A stretch of DNA of 51,588 bases from Candidatus Magasanikiibacteriota bacterium (GCA_018651085.1 JABIEQ010000017.1:1-51588), one strand, 5' to 3'; counted from the stretch's first letter, positions 1-9,169 are shown. Numbers and translations are program-made. Notes: a model not told the origin generated them from the sequence alone.

Positions 1-171
1 ATTCAAATCCATGCTGAACGAATTATTAAAATGAAGGCAAATTTAAATGAAATTCTTGCAAAACATAGTGGGCAAACAATTGCCCAAGTAGAAAAAGATA
101 GTGACCGTGATTACTTTATGAGTGCAAAGGAAGCTGTGAGTTACGGATTAGCTGATAAGGTTATCTCATAA
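1..171 (+). CDS. clpP: ATP-dependent Clp protease proteolytic subunit ClpP, C-terminal fragment (gene begins upstream of window)
   Basis: Frame 1 is open from base 1 to TAA at 169-171. The translation ...[52 protein letters not shown] matches the conserved ClpP C-terminus. A hairpin terminator follows. Confidence 0.8.
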   Translation: MQIHAERIIKMKANLNEILAKHSGQTIAQVEKDSDRDYFMSAKEAVSYGLADKVIS

Positions 172-193
172 CAATTTTTCGTTTTTTATCCAC

Positions 194-392
194 AAAAAAC
201 CCCTCGCTATTAGCGAGGGGTTTTATAAAGTGTTAGGGTTTCCCCATAAACCGCACCCAAGAAGATGCATCCCAGGTCGAATACGAGCCTGAGCCTGTAT
301 TAGCCTACAACGCATCTCCATGCTTGTCGTGGATGCAGTGGTAACCATACCTTTGTATAACATATGGTCTTTCACTGAACCCAACTAACAAT
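194..392 (-). ncRNA. Unclassified small RNA candidate, about 200 nt
   Basis: This is an ORF-free, relatively GC-rich stretch between two convergent genes. A TTGACA-N17-TATATT promoter with an upstream TG sits immediately upstream on the minus strand, and the 196-226 terminator lies at the 3' end. A 5'/3' closing helix pairs 378-382 with 236-240 and 386-389 with 232-235. An internal 7-bp helix pairs 331-337 with 266-272. Confidence 0.45.
196..226. terminator. Bidirectional rho-independent terminator (clpP on plus strand, sRNA candidate on minus strand)
   Basis: The stem CCCCTCGCT (200-208) pairs with AGCGAGGGG (212-220). It has an A-run on the 5' side and a T-run on the 3' side, so it reads as hairpin plus U-run on both strands. 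Confidence 0.75.
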
Positions 393-397
393 GAGAG

Positions 398-426
398 AAT
401 ATACCACGTTTTTTACTTCTTGTCAA
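398..426 (-). promoter_or_regulatory. Sigma70-type promoter for the 194-392 RNA candidate
   Basis: On the minus strand the -35 TTGACA is at 421-426, the spacer is 17 nt, and the -10 TATATT is at 398-403, preceded by TGg (extended -10). An AT-rich UP-like tract lies upstream. Confidence 0.5.
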
Positions 427-601
427 GGGTAGGCCTGTGGATTTCTCTTATTTTTTACCTTATTTAAGCCAAAAAATGGGTTATTTTCCATATATTGACA
501 TTACATTATATATCTGTATTGTATGTAATAGCCCTGTGTGTATGTGTACCCTACCTCTAAGCCTGTAGGAAAGATTGCACACTGGGCCAACCTTCTCATA
601 C

Positions 602-631
602 AAAAAAAGACCACAGAAGTGGTCTTTTTTA
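602..631. terminator. Bidirectional rho-independent terminator
   Basis: The stem AGACCAC (608-614) pairs with GTGGTCT (619-625), flanked by an A-run and a T-run. It lies 14 nt downstream of the stop of the minus-strand gene 645-1343. Confidence 0.7.
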
Positions 632-644
632 TTATACCTCGCTA

Positions 645-1343
645 TTATTTCTTTTTTCTTACAATACAAAGTGGTGTTTGCTCACTTGCTTGTCCTAGTG
701 GATTATCTTTAAATATCTTTTCTATTTCTTCTTTTTTTATTTCTGAATCATCCATACCAAGAACATCTACACCAAGATCATTTGCATCAATGATAACAAT
801 CCCACACCCAATCTCTTTGGCAACTTTTCTTGCAACCTTATTTGGGTCTTTAGGTGCCAATGTTGCACATTTATTATATGGAGGCAATGTGTAATCACAA
901 GGTCCATCGATTGCTGCGGCTTGTCTTCCTGCAATGTGATAAAACAATCCTTTAATCCCAAATGGTCTTGTAATCATAGCCACAACAGCCCCAAATAGAA
1001 TTCTGATATATCCAACTTCTCTTATAGCAAGCTCCATAGTCCATGGACTTGCAAGACCAATACCGTACGGTGACTTATGTACTCGTTTTGATAACCATGT
1101 AGCAAAGGTAGTTGGATGAATATCAACAATTTTAAATGACCGTCCTTGTGTAATTGCGACGACTCGCTCACTTACACAAAGCGTATCTCCTTTTTGAAGA
1201 TATGATGATGCATACTTTTGAATCACATCCGTTATATCATCTTTTTTTGTAATAACATGTGTTTTTATTGGAAAACGAAGATAGGTAGTATTTCCTACCT
1301 GTATTTCGATATGCTTTCCATTGTTTGCTTGAAGTTCTTTCAC
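645..1343 (-). CDS. F420-0:gamma-glutamyl ligase (CofE)-like family protein (function uncertain)
   Basis: This is a 232-aa ORF with a GTG start. My recollection of CofE/PF01996-like features includes GDTLCVSERVVAITQGR, IIDANDLG and DNPLGQASEQTP. The AGGAG overlapping the upstream stop codon could act as an RBS. Confidence 0.5.
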   Translation of the reverse strand: MKELQANNGKHIEIQVGNTTYLRFPIKTHVITKKDDITDVIQKYASSYLQKGDTLCVSERVVAITQGRSFKIVDIHPTTFATWLSKRVHKSPYGIGLASPWTMELAIREVGYIRILFGAVVAMITRPFGIKGLFYHIAGRQAAAIDGPCDYTLPPYNKCATLAPKDPNKVARKVAKEIGCGIVIIDANDLGVDVLGMDDSEIKKEEIEKIFKDNPLGQASEQTPLCIVRKKK

Positions 1344-1358
1344 ACTAATATATTACTC

Positions 1359-3305
1359 CTATTCTTCACTTTTTTCTGTTTCTTCTATATCAATAGTCAC
1401 ACATTCACCACTTTCGTCACACACTTCTCTTTGTTCTTTTGGTTCAACCCCTACGAGACAAATGTTTGCAAGCGGTCGATAATGACTGAAATATATTTCT
1501 TCATCATCTTCTCCGTTGGGCCTTTCAATACTATACACAAAAGATGTGTCTGCTCCGGTGTATGCTCCCTGACACTTTGTTGTTCCTGGTGGAAGTTCAT
1601 CGGTCTCTACATATTGTGTTGGTCCATGAGGAATCCATCTATTTACTACAGGATCTGTGAATGAGCCTTTTCTTCCGTCAGATGTTCCCCAAAAAGTAAA
1701 GAATAATTCTTCGGTATACTCATTTAATTCTGCTTGAATCAATATTGCGTGATTTGTATCGTTTACAAATCTAAAATCTGGATGAGAATCAAAAATAGTT
1801 GCATCAACTCCTGGCTTCCCTTTTATATTATAATAGTGTACTGCAAATCGATGATTCCTTCTTTCTGTGATTTCAAGTCCACTATTCATTACTGCACGAA
1901 ATATTGTTGTTGAAATCTGACAAAGTCCACCACCAAGAGCATCCTCAATTTTATCTCCTATAATAACTTTTTCTGGAAGATAGCCTCCGGCAATAGTAAA
2001 TGGTTTTGTTGATACTACTGTTGAAAATTCTTCTCCTGGTTCAACAAGTAATCCATTTAATTTTATCACCGCATTTCTAATGTTACTGATTCTGTTTGGA
2101 GGACTTCCTTTAAATGCTGAGTATCCTGTCCCCAATACTTCTGTAATACCGACATCATTTACATCTCCTGTTTTTACTTGTGGTTCAGTCACCTCTGTTT
2201 TCACTTCAATACTTGTAACAATTCCCTCGTCATGCCAGGTTCTCTGAAGCATGGCATTATTAATGTTATCGTATGTTTCTTCCTTTTTTAATTCAATCCC
2301 AGGTCGTGATCCTTGAAATGATGTCACTTTTCCGTCCTGTACCTCAAATTTGGCATCCTTTGCCTCTATATTTACTATTTCTTCTACTTCTCCTTCTAAG
2401 TAGGCAATGATTTCTTCTTTGTTAATACCAAAACCGGCTCCGTTTTCTTCTTGTTTTTGCACCTCAAGCCAATCATATATTACGTTACTTGGAAGTGACC
2501 ATGCACTGTCTCTTTTGGTATGTGGATCTGTATAGGTAAGTGTTATCCCATTATGTTCAAGTACAACACCTAATCTATCTGCTATTTTTTCTACATCACT
2601 CTCAAGTACTTCTGGCTCAGTCACTTCTTTTTCAATTGTTATTTCTGGTGTTTGTAACTCTCCCCAAGAACGATATATTTCATCAACAATGTTATCATAT
2701 TTAAACTCAACTCCAGGAGTTGACGATGTGATCGTGTACACTAATGGATCAACACTTTCAATATCTACCCCCGCATTTGTTGCTTTTGTATCCACATCCT
2801 TTACGTAGTCTTTAAGGGTATCCGTAATTGCATCTTCATATACGGTGATGTGCTTTAAAGAAACACTCCCTTTTGCAAATCTACTTTTAAGTGTTTTTAT
2901 CGCTCGTGAAAATATATTTCCTCTTTTTCCATAATGAAGTAAGGCATCCACTTCCTTTTCAACATCAAGTTCAACAAACTCTATGGTATCTCCATCAAAT
3001 GCTGTTGGGTATAGTATTAGTTCATCAAGCTCTTCATCAAAGGTAAATCTGATACCATCATTTAATAATTTGTCTTGAATATCAAATAAAAACAATCGCA
3101 AGCCTTCTTCATCAAGTCCACCAATCGGTACATTCCCTAAATGTACACCTGGGTATACTCTATCTTGGTAACTTCTTTCGTAAGCAAGTACTCCAGTTGC
3201 TGTTCCAGCCACTATCACGATTAATACAATCAATAAAATCCAGATACGATACCAGGAAAATGATTTCATTTTTTCTTTTAAAAAGGCCGGTCTCTTTTTT
3301 CCCAT
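1359..3305 (-). CDS. VanW-domain protein with N-terminal membrane anchor
   Basis: This is a 648-aa ORF with an N-terminal TM helix (WYRIWILLIVLIVIVAGTATGVLAY). The C-terminal VanW signature is GYLPEKVIIGDKIEDALGGGLCQISTTIFRAVMNSGLEITERRNH. Confidence 0.85.
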   Translation of the reverse strand: MGKKRPAFLKEKMKSFSWYRIWILLIVLIVIVAGTATGVLAYERSYQDRVYPGVHLGNVPIGGLDEEGLRLFLFDIQDKLLNDGIRFTFDEELDELILYPTAFDGDTIEFVELDVEKEVDALLHYGKRGNIFSRAIKTLKSRFAKGSVSLKHITVYEDAITDTLKDYVKDVDTKATNAGVDIESVDPLVYTITSSTPGVEFKYDNIVDEIYRSWGELQTPEITIEKEVTEPEVLESDVEKIADRLGVVLEHNGITLTYTDPHTKRDSAWSLPSNVIYDWLEVQKQEENGAGFGINKEEIIAYLEGEVEEIVNIEAKDAKFEVQDGKVTSFQGSRPGIELKKEETYDNINNAMLQRTWHDEGIVTSIEVKTEVTEPQVKTGDVNDVGITEVLGTGYSAFKGSPPNRISNIRNAVIKLNGLLVEPGEEFSTVVSTKPFTIAGGYLPEKVIIGDKIEDALGGGLCQISTTIFRAVMNSGLEITERRNHRFAVHYYNIKGKPGVDATIFDSHPDFRFVNDTNHAILIQAELNEYTEELFFTFWGTSDGRKGSFTDPVVNRWIPHGPTQYVETDELPPGTTKCQGAYTGADTSFVYSIERPNGEDDEEIYFSHYRPLANICLVGVEPKEQREVCDESGECVTIDIEETEKSEE

Positions 3306-3307
3306 AT

Positions 3308-3784
3308 TTATTCATCAATTATAGTAACTGGTATTTTTGCTCCTTGTTGTTGTTTGGGAATCCATACACTCAATACGCCACTTGTATACTCTGCTCTTGC
3401 GAGGTCCCCTTTCACATCAATGGGTAAAACCACGGTTCTTGAAAATGCTCCCCAAAAACATTCTTTATGAAAATACGATACTTGTGCTTTTTGCTCTAAT
3501 GGTGAATGTCGTACTCCTCTAATAGTTAACACATCATTATGCACAAATACTTCAATACGTTTGGTGTCAGCTCCCGCAACCGTTGTAGTAACCACAATAT
3601 CATTTCCAACTTCAGCAACATCAATAGCAAGTTGACCTTCTTCTTCGTGAGTGGTCCAATCATGAGCCTCATCTTTTTTTGTATCAAGAAAAGACCGTGT
3701 ACTTGGTACGGCCTTTGTGGCAATCATTTTATCTTTATCCATCGACTCAATAATCATTTCAAAGATGTCTCCTGTATTTTTCAT
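3308..3784 (-). CDS. Hsp20/alpha-crystallin family small heat-shock protein
   Basis: This is a 158-aa ORF. The alpha-crystallin domain reads LAIDVAEVGNDIVVTTTVAGADTKRIEVFVHNDVLTIRGVR...FSRTVVLPIDVKGDLARAEYTSGVLSVWIPK. Confidence 0.9.
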   Translation of the reverse strand: MKNTGDIFEMIIESMDKDKMIATKAVPSTRSFLDTKKDEAHDWTTHEEEGQLAIDVAEVGNDIVVTTTVAGADTKRIEVFVHNDVLTIRGVRHSPLEQKAQVSYFHKECFWGAFSRTVVLPIDVKGDLARAEYTSGVLSVWIPKQQQGAKIPVTIIDE

Positions 3785-3816
3785 ACATGCATAGTATAGC
3801 GAAAAATGAGGAATAA

Positions 3817-3850
3817 TAAAACCCCGAGGATCTCGGGGTTTTCTTTTTTA
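3817..3850 (-). terminator. Rho-independent terminator after the beta-helix protein gene
   Basis: The stem CCCCGAG (3822-3828) pairs with CTCGGGG (3832-3838). On the minus strand a U-rich tract follows it. Confidence 0.7.
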
Positions 3851-3853
3851 TGT

Positions 3854-6631
3854 TTATCTTGCTTCCACAGCGCCTACATCTGGTCCGGCACCAAGGTATT
3901 GATCATTTATTCCTGGTAAAGGTACGGCCCTATCTACAGCGACTGACCCAACAGCGGGTATAAGTATTTCTACTGTTTCGCCATTTTTTTCTCCAACATG
4001 CACAGCTAAAGAAGGATCTGCAAACACTCCATTTGGTTCTTGCCCAATTACTTCTTGATCTTGGCAATTAAACGCTACTGGTGTATTTGGAAAGATTTCT
4101 CCTTCACTTACATAATTTGGATTTGCTGTTTGTCTTTGAAATGCATCAAAACTTGTGTATCTACGATTGTCTCCCCAATCAGTGTATCCCCACTTAAAGA
4201 GTATTTCTCCTTCGGGAAGTGGTGACCATAATACATCGTAATCAAAGCTATGATTTTTATGATAGTACTCACAAGAGAAGTTTGATCCAATGTCGGTTTC
4301 AATCACTCTTCCTGTTGCTTCAATAATATTGTTTCGCAATACAACGTTTTGTGTTCTCGCTGGAAACCCTCTATAAAGCGCATAAGATGCTCCTTCTTCT
4401 TGCTTTATGGTGTTGTGATAGATATACACGTTTCTTGTTACGCCAGCAACTCCTGTGTTCATCTTTAATGCTCCTTCATTAAATCCATGGAGTTGATTGT
4501 ATGCAATAAATATTGGTCCAGGAAATACTTGTGCAGTACTTATTCCGTTTGTACTTTCTTTACAATAGTTTTTAAATACACGAACGTTAATCCCATGTCC
4601 ATCAAGTTCAATACAATCATCAGACACGCCATCAATAACATTATCGTATATATCAAGTTCTCTATTTGCCCATACACTTTTTACGTCTAAGTCACTTGGC
4701 TCTGACACTGGTGAATGCCCCTCGTCTCCTCCTGGCGCAATAGCGTCAGCCATACCAAATAATACATTATCTGCTATGACAGTGTATCCACCAACACCGA
4801 AGTCTTGTTTAATTCCGTAATATGTTTGATTTTCTCCTTGATCTACTGGAACAAATTCTCCATGTACATCGTCATGAATTCTATTTTTTAGAATCAGGTT
4901 ATAATTATCTTTTACTTCTCCAACAATATCATCATTATGTTGAATAAAGACAAACCAATCTTCTTGCCCCATTGATTCGCTGTCATGAATATTGTTTTCC
5001 ACGATTTCTGTGTGATGAGATCCACGGACATTCATGGTTCCAACGATATCTAATCCATAAAAAGTATAATATGAACTTTGGTATAGAATAATGTCCCCTA
5101 CAATCTGTGCTGGATTTTCTTTATCTTGGCTTTCAATAATAATTCGTTGTCCATATGCACCGGTTTTTTGAAACATTTCAAATCCTTCATATACTCCCGT
5201 TCCAAGTTTGATGTTATCTCCGGGTTGTACATTTTCTAATGCTTGTTGAAATTCATTATTTGTTGATACAAGCACTTCCCTTTGGGTTTGTTCTTGTTGT
5301 CCTTCAATTGACCATTCAGGTCGTGTTGTTAGCGTAGTATCTATGGATTGTCCACTTGCAAGCTCTACAGATACATTATACGTCGTATCTGGTACAAGAT
5401 TAAATAAACTTGTTGCAGCATGATTTCCATCATACGTTACCAATGCATGCACTTCACTTCCATTTAAAAGAACTCTTGCTCCTTCTAGTGATGCACCTTG
5501 AGTAAATTCAACATCTACTCCACCAGATACAAATGCTCCATATGTTTCTACTCGCTCAACTGGTGTTGGTAGATTATTTTCTACGACGACTACTGTTATA
5601 TCTGGTTGTGTACTTGATACAGGCTCTGGCTCCGGTTCTGGTACAGGCTCTGTAAATACATTTATACTAAAAGTGTCGTCTTTCTCATGTTTCCACCCTT
5701 GTCGATATTCATTATGATCGTGTTCATACCAAATGTGTGACACGATGTTTTCTTCTGGTGATACTACCCCAGGCATAACACTAAACGGAAACGAAAACGT
5801 TACCTGGTTTGTCTCATTATCATGCACTCTTGTACATTGGTCTTCTTTTAATTCTACCTTGTTGTTTCCAAATCTTTTTTTATACAACTCACGACAAGAA
5901 TATGTTCCATCCTCACCTTCTAAAAATTGGAAATATCCAAAACGATTTGCTCTATCTTTTTTATTGAGTAATATTCTTAATTCATCAATATCTCTTCCAT
6001 TTTCATATGTAAGATGAATAATATTTATGCCCTCTATCCCTTCTTCAGTGTAACTTGTGGCAACACTTCCAAATGTTGAACGCACATTTTGTTCGTCAAC
6101 GACATTAATCTGAAACTCTGGACCAGTCTTCCATCCACTAAGCTGATAAATGTTTCCTTCATCTGTATACCCATAAAGAATGACTCGAACTTCTGCTGGC
6201 GTACTTTCTCCCCAAAATCCTTCGTAGGCAAAATGAAATGAAATATGTTTTCTATTTGAACACTCTTCGTCAGAGGTAGTAGCCACACTTACGGATTGAT
6301 TTACAATATATTTATTTCCGTATCGTAATGATCCGTATGGTCTTAATTCCCCAGTTGAAAGATATCCACGCATTAATCCTGCAATTGGTCTATTCGGGTG
6401 GATTCGAGGATGATTCATAATGATACGAGCTTCCTCTACTCTGTTTTCTTCATCACATACGCTTGTGATGATCTCTTGCATATCGAGACCTTCTGTTTGT
6501 ACCACTGGTTTTTGTGCTGTTGTTTCAATCTGTGTTACCAGTCTCGTTGCATGTGCTGAAAGTAATGGAATTCCTACCATTACAATACAAGCGACCATTG
6601 TCCCGATGTATATTTTATGAGATTTTTTCAT
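3854..6631 (-). CDS. Secreted right-handed parallel beta-helix repeat protein (possible polysaccharide lyase/glycosidase)
   Basis: The ORF is open to a TTG at 6688, but the ATG at 6631 gives a classical signal peptide (MKKSHKIYIGTMVACIVMVGIPLLSAHA). It has a PEPEPEP linker. The C-terminal half has repeated beta-helix-like turns (NNIHD, NRIHDD, DNVLFG, DNVIDG, HNTIKQ, NNIIEA). Confidence 0.6.
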   Translation of the reverse strand: MKKSHKIYIGTMVACIVMVGIPLLSAHATRLVTQIETTAQKPVVQTEGLDMQEIITSVCDEENRVEEARIIMNHPRIHPNRPIAGLMRGYLSTGELRPYGSLRYGNKYIVNQSVSVATTSDEECSNRKHISFHFAYEGFWGESTPAEVRVILYGYTDEGNIYQLSGWKTGPEFQINVVDEQNVRSTFGSVATSYTEEGIEGINIIHLTYENGRDIDELRILLNKKDRANRFGYFQFLEGEDGTYSCRELYKKRFGNNKVELKEDQCTRVHDNETNQVTFSFPFSVMPGVVSPEENIVSHIWYEHDHNEYRQGWKHEKDDTFSINVFTEPVPEPEPEPVSSTQPDITVVVVENNLPTPVERVETYGAFVSGGVDVEFTQGASLEGARVLLNGSEVHALVTYDGNHAATSLFNLVPDTTYNVSVELASGQSIDTTLTTRPEWSIEGQQEQTQREVLVSTNNEFQQALENVQPGDNIKLGTGVYEGFEMFQKTGAYGQRIIIESQDKENPAQIVGDIILYQSSYYTFYGLDIVGTMNVRGSHHTEIVENNIHDSESMGQEDWFVFIQHNDDIVGEVKDNYNLILKNRIHDDVHGEFVPVDQGENQTYYGIKQDFGVGGYTVIADNVLFGMADAIAPGGDEGHSPVSEPSDLDVKSVWANRELDIYDNVIDGVSDDCIELDGHGINVRVFKNYCKESTNGISTAQVFPGPIFIAYNQLHGFNEGALKMNTGVAGVTRNVYIYHNTIKQEEGASYALYRGFPARTQNVVLRNNIIEATGRVIETDIGSNFSCEYYHKNHSFDYDVLWSPLPEGEILFKWGYTDWGDNRRYTSFDAFQRQTANPNYVSEGEIFPNTPVAFNCQDQEVIGQEPNGVFADPSLAVHVGEKNGETVEILIPAVGSVAVDRAVPLPGINDQYLGAGPDVGAVEAR

Positions 6632-6703
6632 ATGATATTTTTTAATATATTGTACCCCTACAATAGCAGTGTGACCTTCATTCGTCAATGTAAATTACTA
6701 AAT

Positions 6704-6731
6704 AAAAAACCGCCAAAATGGCGGTTTTTTT
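6704..6731 (-). terminator. Rho-independent terminator after pheT
   Basis: The stem ACCGCC (6709-6714) pairs with GGCGGT (6720-6725), flanked by A- and T-runs. It begins directly at the pheT stop codon. Confidence 0.75.
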
Positions 6732-9168
6732 ATGCACGTATCTGTGCTGAATACGATGTTTCTAACGCTTTTATCACTTTTTCATGAACACTATCTATTT
6801 CTTTGGCTTCTAATGTTCTTTTGTCTGATCGATACTCGAGATGATATGCCATACTTTTTTGCCCATCTTCAACATGTTCTCCTTCGTATACATCAAATAA
6901 CTCTACTTTTGTTATTAATGGATCAATTGCGACTATTGTAGACACAACATCGTCATGAATAACATTTTGAGAAACTGTGAACGCAATATCTCGTAAAATC
7001 ACCGGATATACAGGAAGAGGCCTATAATTACTTTCTTCAGTTATTGTTGTAATAAGTGTATTCACATTTATTTGTACGATTGCTGTTTTATGAGGGATAC
7101 CCATATCTTCTTGCACAACAGGGTGCACTTCAGCAATCCGACCAACCATAACATCCTTTACATATATGTCAGCAGCACGACCAGGATGGACTAATAGTGT
7201 CTCTATTTCCATCTTTTTAAATGTTACCTCTACCTGCAGCCTTTTAGCAATCGCTCTTACCGTGTTTGCAGCTTCAAAAAATGGTACTTTGTTCTCTTTA
7301 TCCATGAATGCAAATCCAAGATACGTATCTTGCTTTGGCAATAAATCATTTCCATTTTTATCAGCACGTTCTCCTGGTTCATCTTTGAGGAATGTTTTTC
7401 CGATTTCAAAGATCTTTATCTTATCAAAACGATGGGCATTTTTTTCTACATTTTCAAGTAAGCCTGGTACCAAATTCCTTCGGACATATGGTCTGTCTTT
7501 TGCAATAGGATTCGCAAGCTCAATGTGATCGTCAACTGATTCCCCCACTTTTTTTAATAATTCAGGAGAAACAAACGAATAATTATATACTTCTGTATAC
7601 CCACATTCATATGCAATAATTTTTTTCATGTTGTTCACCGTATCTCTTAAAAGATTTTTTGGTGGTGGCGTGATTGCAAAATTTGGTAGACTTGTTGGAA
7701 TATTATCGTATCCATACATTCGGGCTACTTCTTCTACTAAGTCTTCACGAATAGTAACGTCTTTTGTTGCCCTCCATGTTGGCGGCGTGACAAATAATGT
7801 CCCTCGTTTTGCTTTTACACTAAACCCTAAGTGCTCTAAAATATTCACGACTTGCTTTTCTTCAATCTCTATACCCATTTTTTGTCGTAAAAATGTCATG
7901 GGGAGATTGATATCTCTTTTTTTGTTTGGTTTAAATGTATCTGCGATGTTACTTGTCACATGAGCATCCTTGCAGCACTCTTTTATAAGTGCAACAGCTT
8001 TTTGTAATGCAAGTATCGTCATGTTTGGATCAAGTGTTTTTTCAAAACGAGTTGACGCATCGGTTCTTAACCCACATGCTTGTGCAGCTTTCCGAACGGT
8101 TGTTGCATCAAAATTTGCAGCTTCTAATATAATTGACTTTGTCCCGTCATGAATGTCACTCGCTGAACCTCCCATCACACCAGCAAGAGCTACGGCTTTT
8201 TTCTTATCAGCAATCACCAGCATGCTTTCACTAAGCTTCAATGCTTTTTTATCAAGTGTTTCAAAGGGTTCATCTTTTTTTGCGTAGCGAATGATCAGGG
8301 TGCCTTCTTCTATCTTATCAGCATCATGCGCGTGCATTGGTTGCCCAAGATCATACATGACGTAATTTGTAATATCAACAATATTATTAATTGGTCGCAG
8401 ACCAACAGCAATAAGCCGTTCTTTTATCCATGAGGGTGACTCTCCTATTTCTATTCCATCAACACGAACAAATGAAGCTCTTCTACATACATCGGGTGTT
8501 TTTATGTCTACATGCAATGTGTGTTGCTTTCCTTCTTTTATACTAGGTGGCGCATATTCCTTGAGTTTTTTTCTATACATTGCCGCCACTTCTCGTGCAA
8601 TACCATAATGTCCCCATAGGTCTGGCCGATGAGTCATGGTTTTGTTTTCTACATCAATAATAGTGTCGTCCACTCCTAAGGCTTCTGCAAGTGGTGTTCC
8701 TGGAGCGGCATCGATATGAGAAATATCTAGAATTTCTTTTTCGTCTTTTTTAGAAAACATATCACCGAGTCCAATCTCGTCAGCGGCACAAACCATACCA
8801 TGAGATTCTACCCCTCTAATTTTTATTGGTTTTAACTCCACTAAGTCTCCTTCTCCGTGCCAACGAACGTGTGCACCTACTTTCCCAAATGCAATGGTCA
8901 TGCCTTCTTTTAGGTTTGATCCACCACACACAATCTGTACGTCATTTTTTTCTCCAATGTCTACATGACAAACGCTTAGGGCGTCTGCATCTTCGTGTTT
9001 TTTAATTTCTTTTATTTTTCCAACAACAATACCTTCAAGCGCTGATGCTTGATTAATAATTTCTTCTACTTCTACTACTTTTAGTGTTAAATCTTCTCCA
9101 AGTTTTTCTGACGAAACATTATCTGGAAGAAAGACGAAATCTTGTAACCATTTTTTTGAAATACGCAT
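6730..9168 (-). CDS. pheT: Phenylalanine--tRNA ligase beta subunit
   Basis: This is an 812-aa ORF. It has an N-terminal tRNA-binding fold (GIVVGKIKEIKKHEDADALSVCHVDIG), then B3/4 and B5 regions and a C-terminal anticodon-binding-like domain. It lies 1 nt downstream of pheS. Confidence 0.95.
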   Translation of the reverse strand: MRISKKWLQDFVFLPDNVSSEKLGEDLTLKVVEVEEIINQASALEGIVVGKIKEIKKHEDADALSVCHVDIGEKNDVQIVCGGSNLKEGMTIAFGKVGAHVRWHGEGDLVELKPIKIRGVESHGMVCAADEIGLGDMFSKKDEKEILDISHIDAAPGTPLAEALGVDDTIIDVENKTMTHRPDLWGHYGIAREVAAMYRKKLKEYAPPSIKEGKQHTLHVDIKTPDVCRRASFVRVDGIEIGESPSWIKERLIAVGLRPINNIVDITNYVMYDLGQPMHAHDADKIEEGTLIIRYAKKDEPFETLDKKALKLSESMLVIADKKKAVALAGVMGGSASDIHDGTKSIILEAANFDATTVRKAAQACGLRTDASTRFEKTLDPNMTILALQKAVALIKECCKDAHVTSNIADTFKPNKKRDINLPMTFLRQKMGIEIEEKQVVNILEHLGFSVKAKRGTLFVTPPTWRATKDVTIREDLVEEVARMYGYDNIPTSLPNFAITPPPKNLLRDTVNNMKKIIAYECGYTEVYNYSFVSPELLKKVGESVDDHIELANPIAKDRPYVRRNLVPGLLENVEKNAHRFDKIKIFEIGKTFLKDEPGERADKNGNDLLPKQDTYLGFAFMDKENKVPFFEAANTVRAIAKRLQVEVTFKKMEIETLLVHPGRAADIYVKDVMVGRIAEVHPVVQEDMGIPHKTAIVQINVNTLITTITEESNYRPLPVYPVILRDIAFTVSQNVIHDDVVSTIVAIDPLITKVELFDVYEGEHVEDGQKSMAYHLEYRSDKRTLEAKEIDSVHEKVIKALETSYSAQIRA

Positions 9169-9169
9169 A

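Noticed and set aside
264-284. Minus-strand string GUAUUCGACCUGGGAUGCAUC resembling the tmRNA 5' motif GGAUUCGACAGGGAUGGAUC
   Set aside because: No GGGG acceptor 5' end precedes it. There is no T-arm or CCA-proximal acceptor strand. Only about 70 nt remain before the clpP terminator, so there is no room for a tag ORF and pseudoknots. The similarity is probably coincidental.
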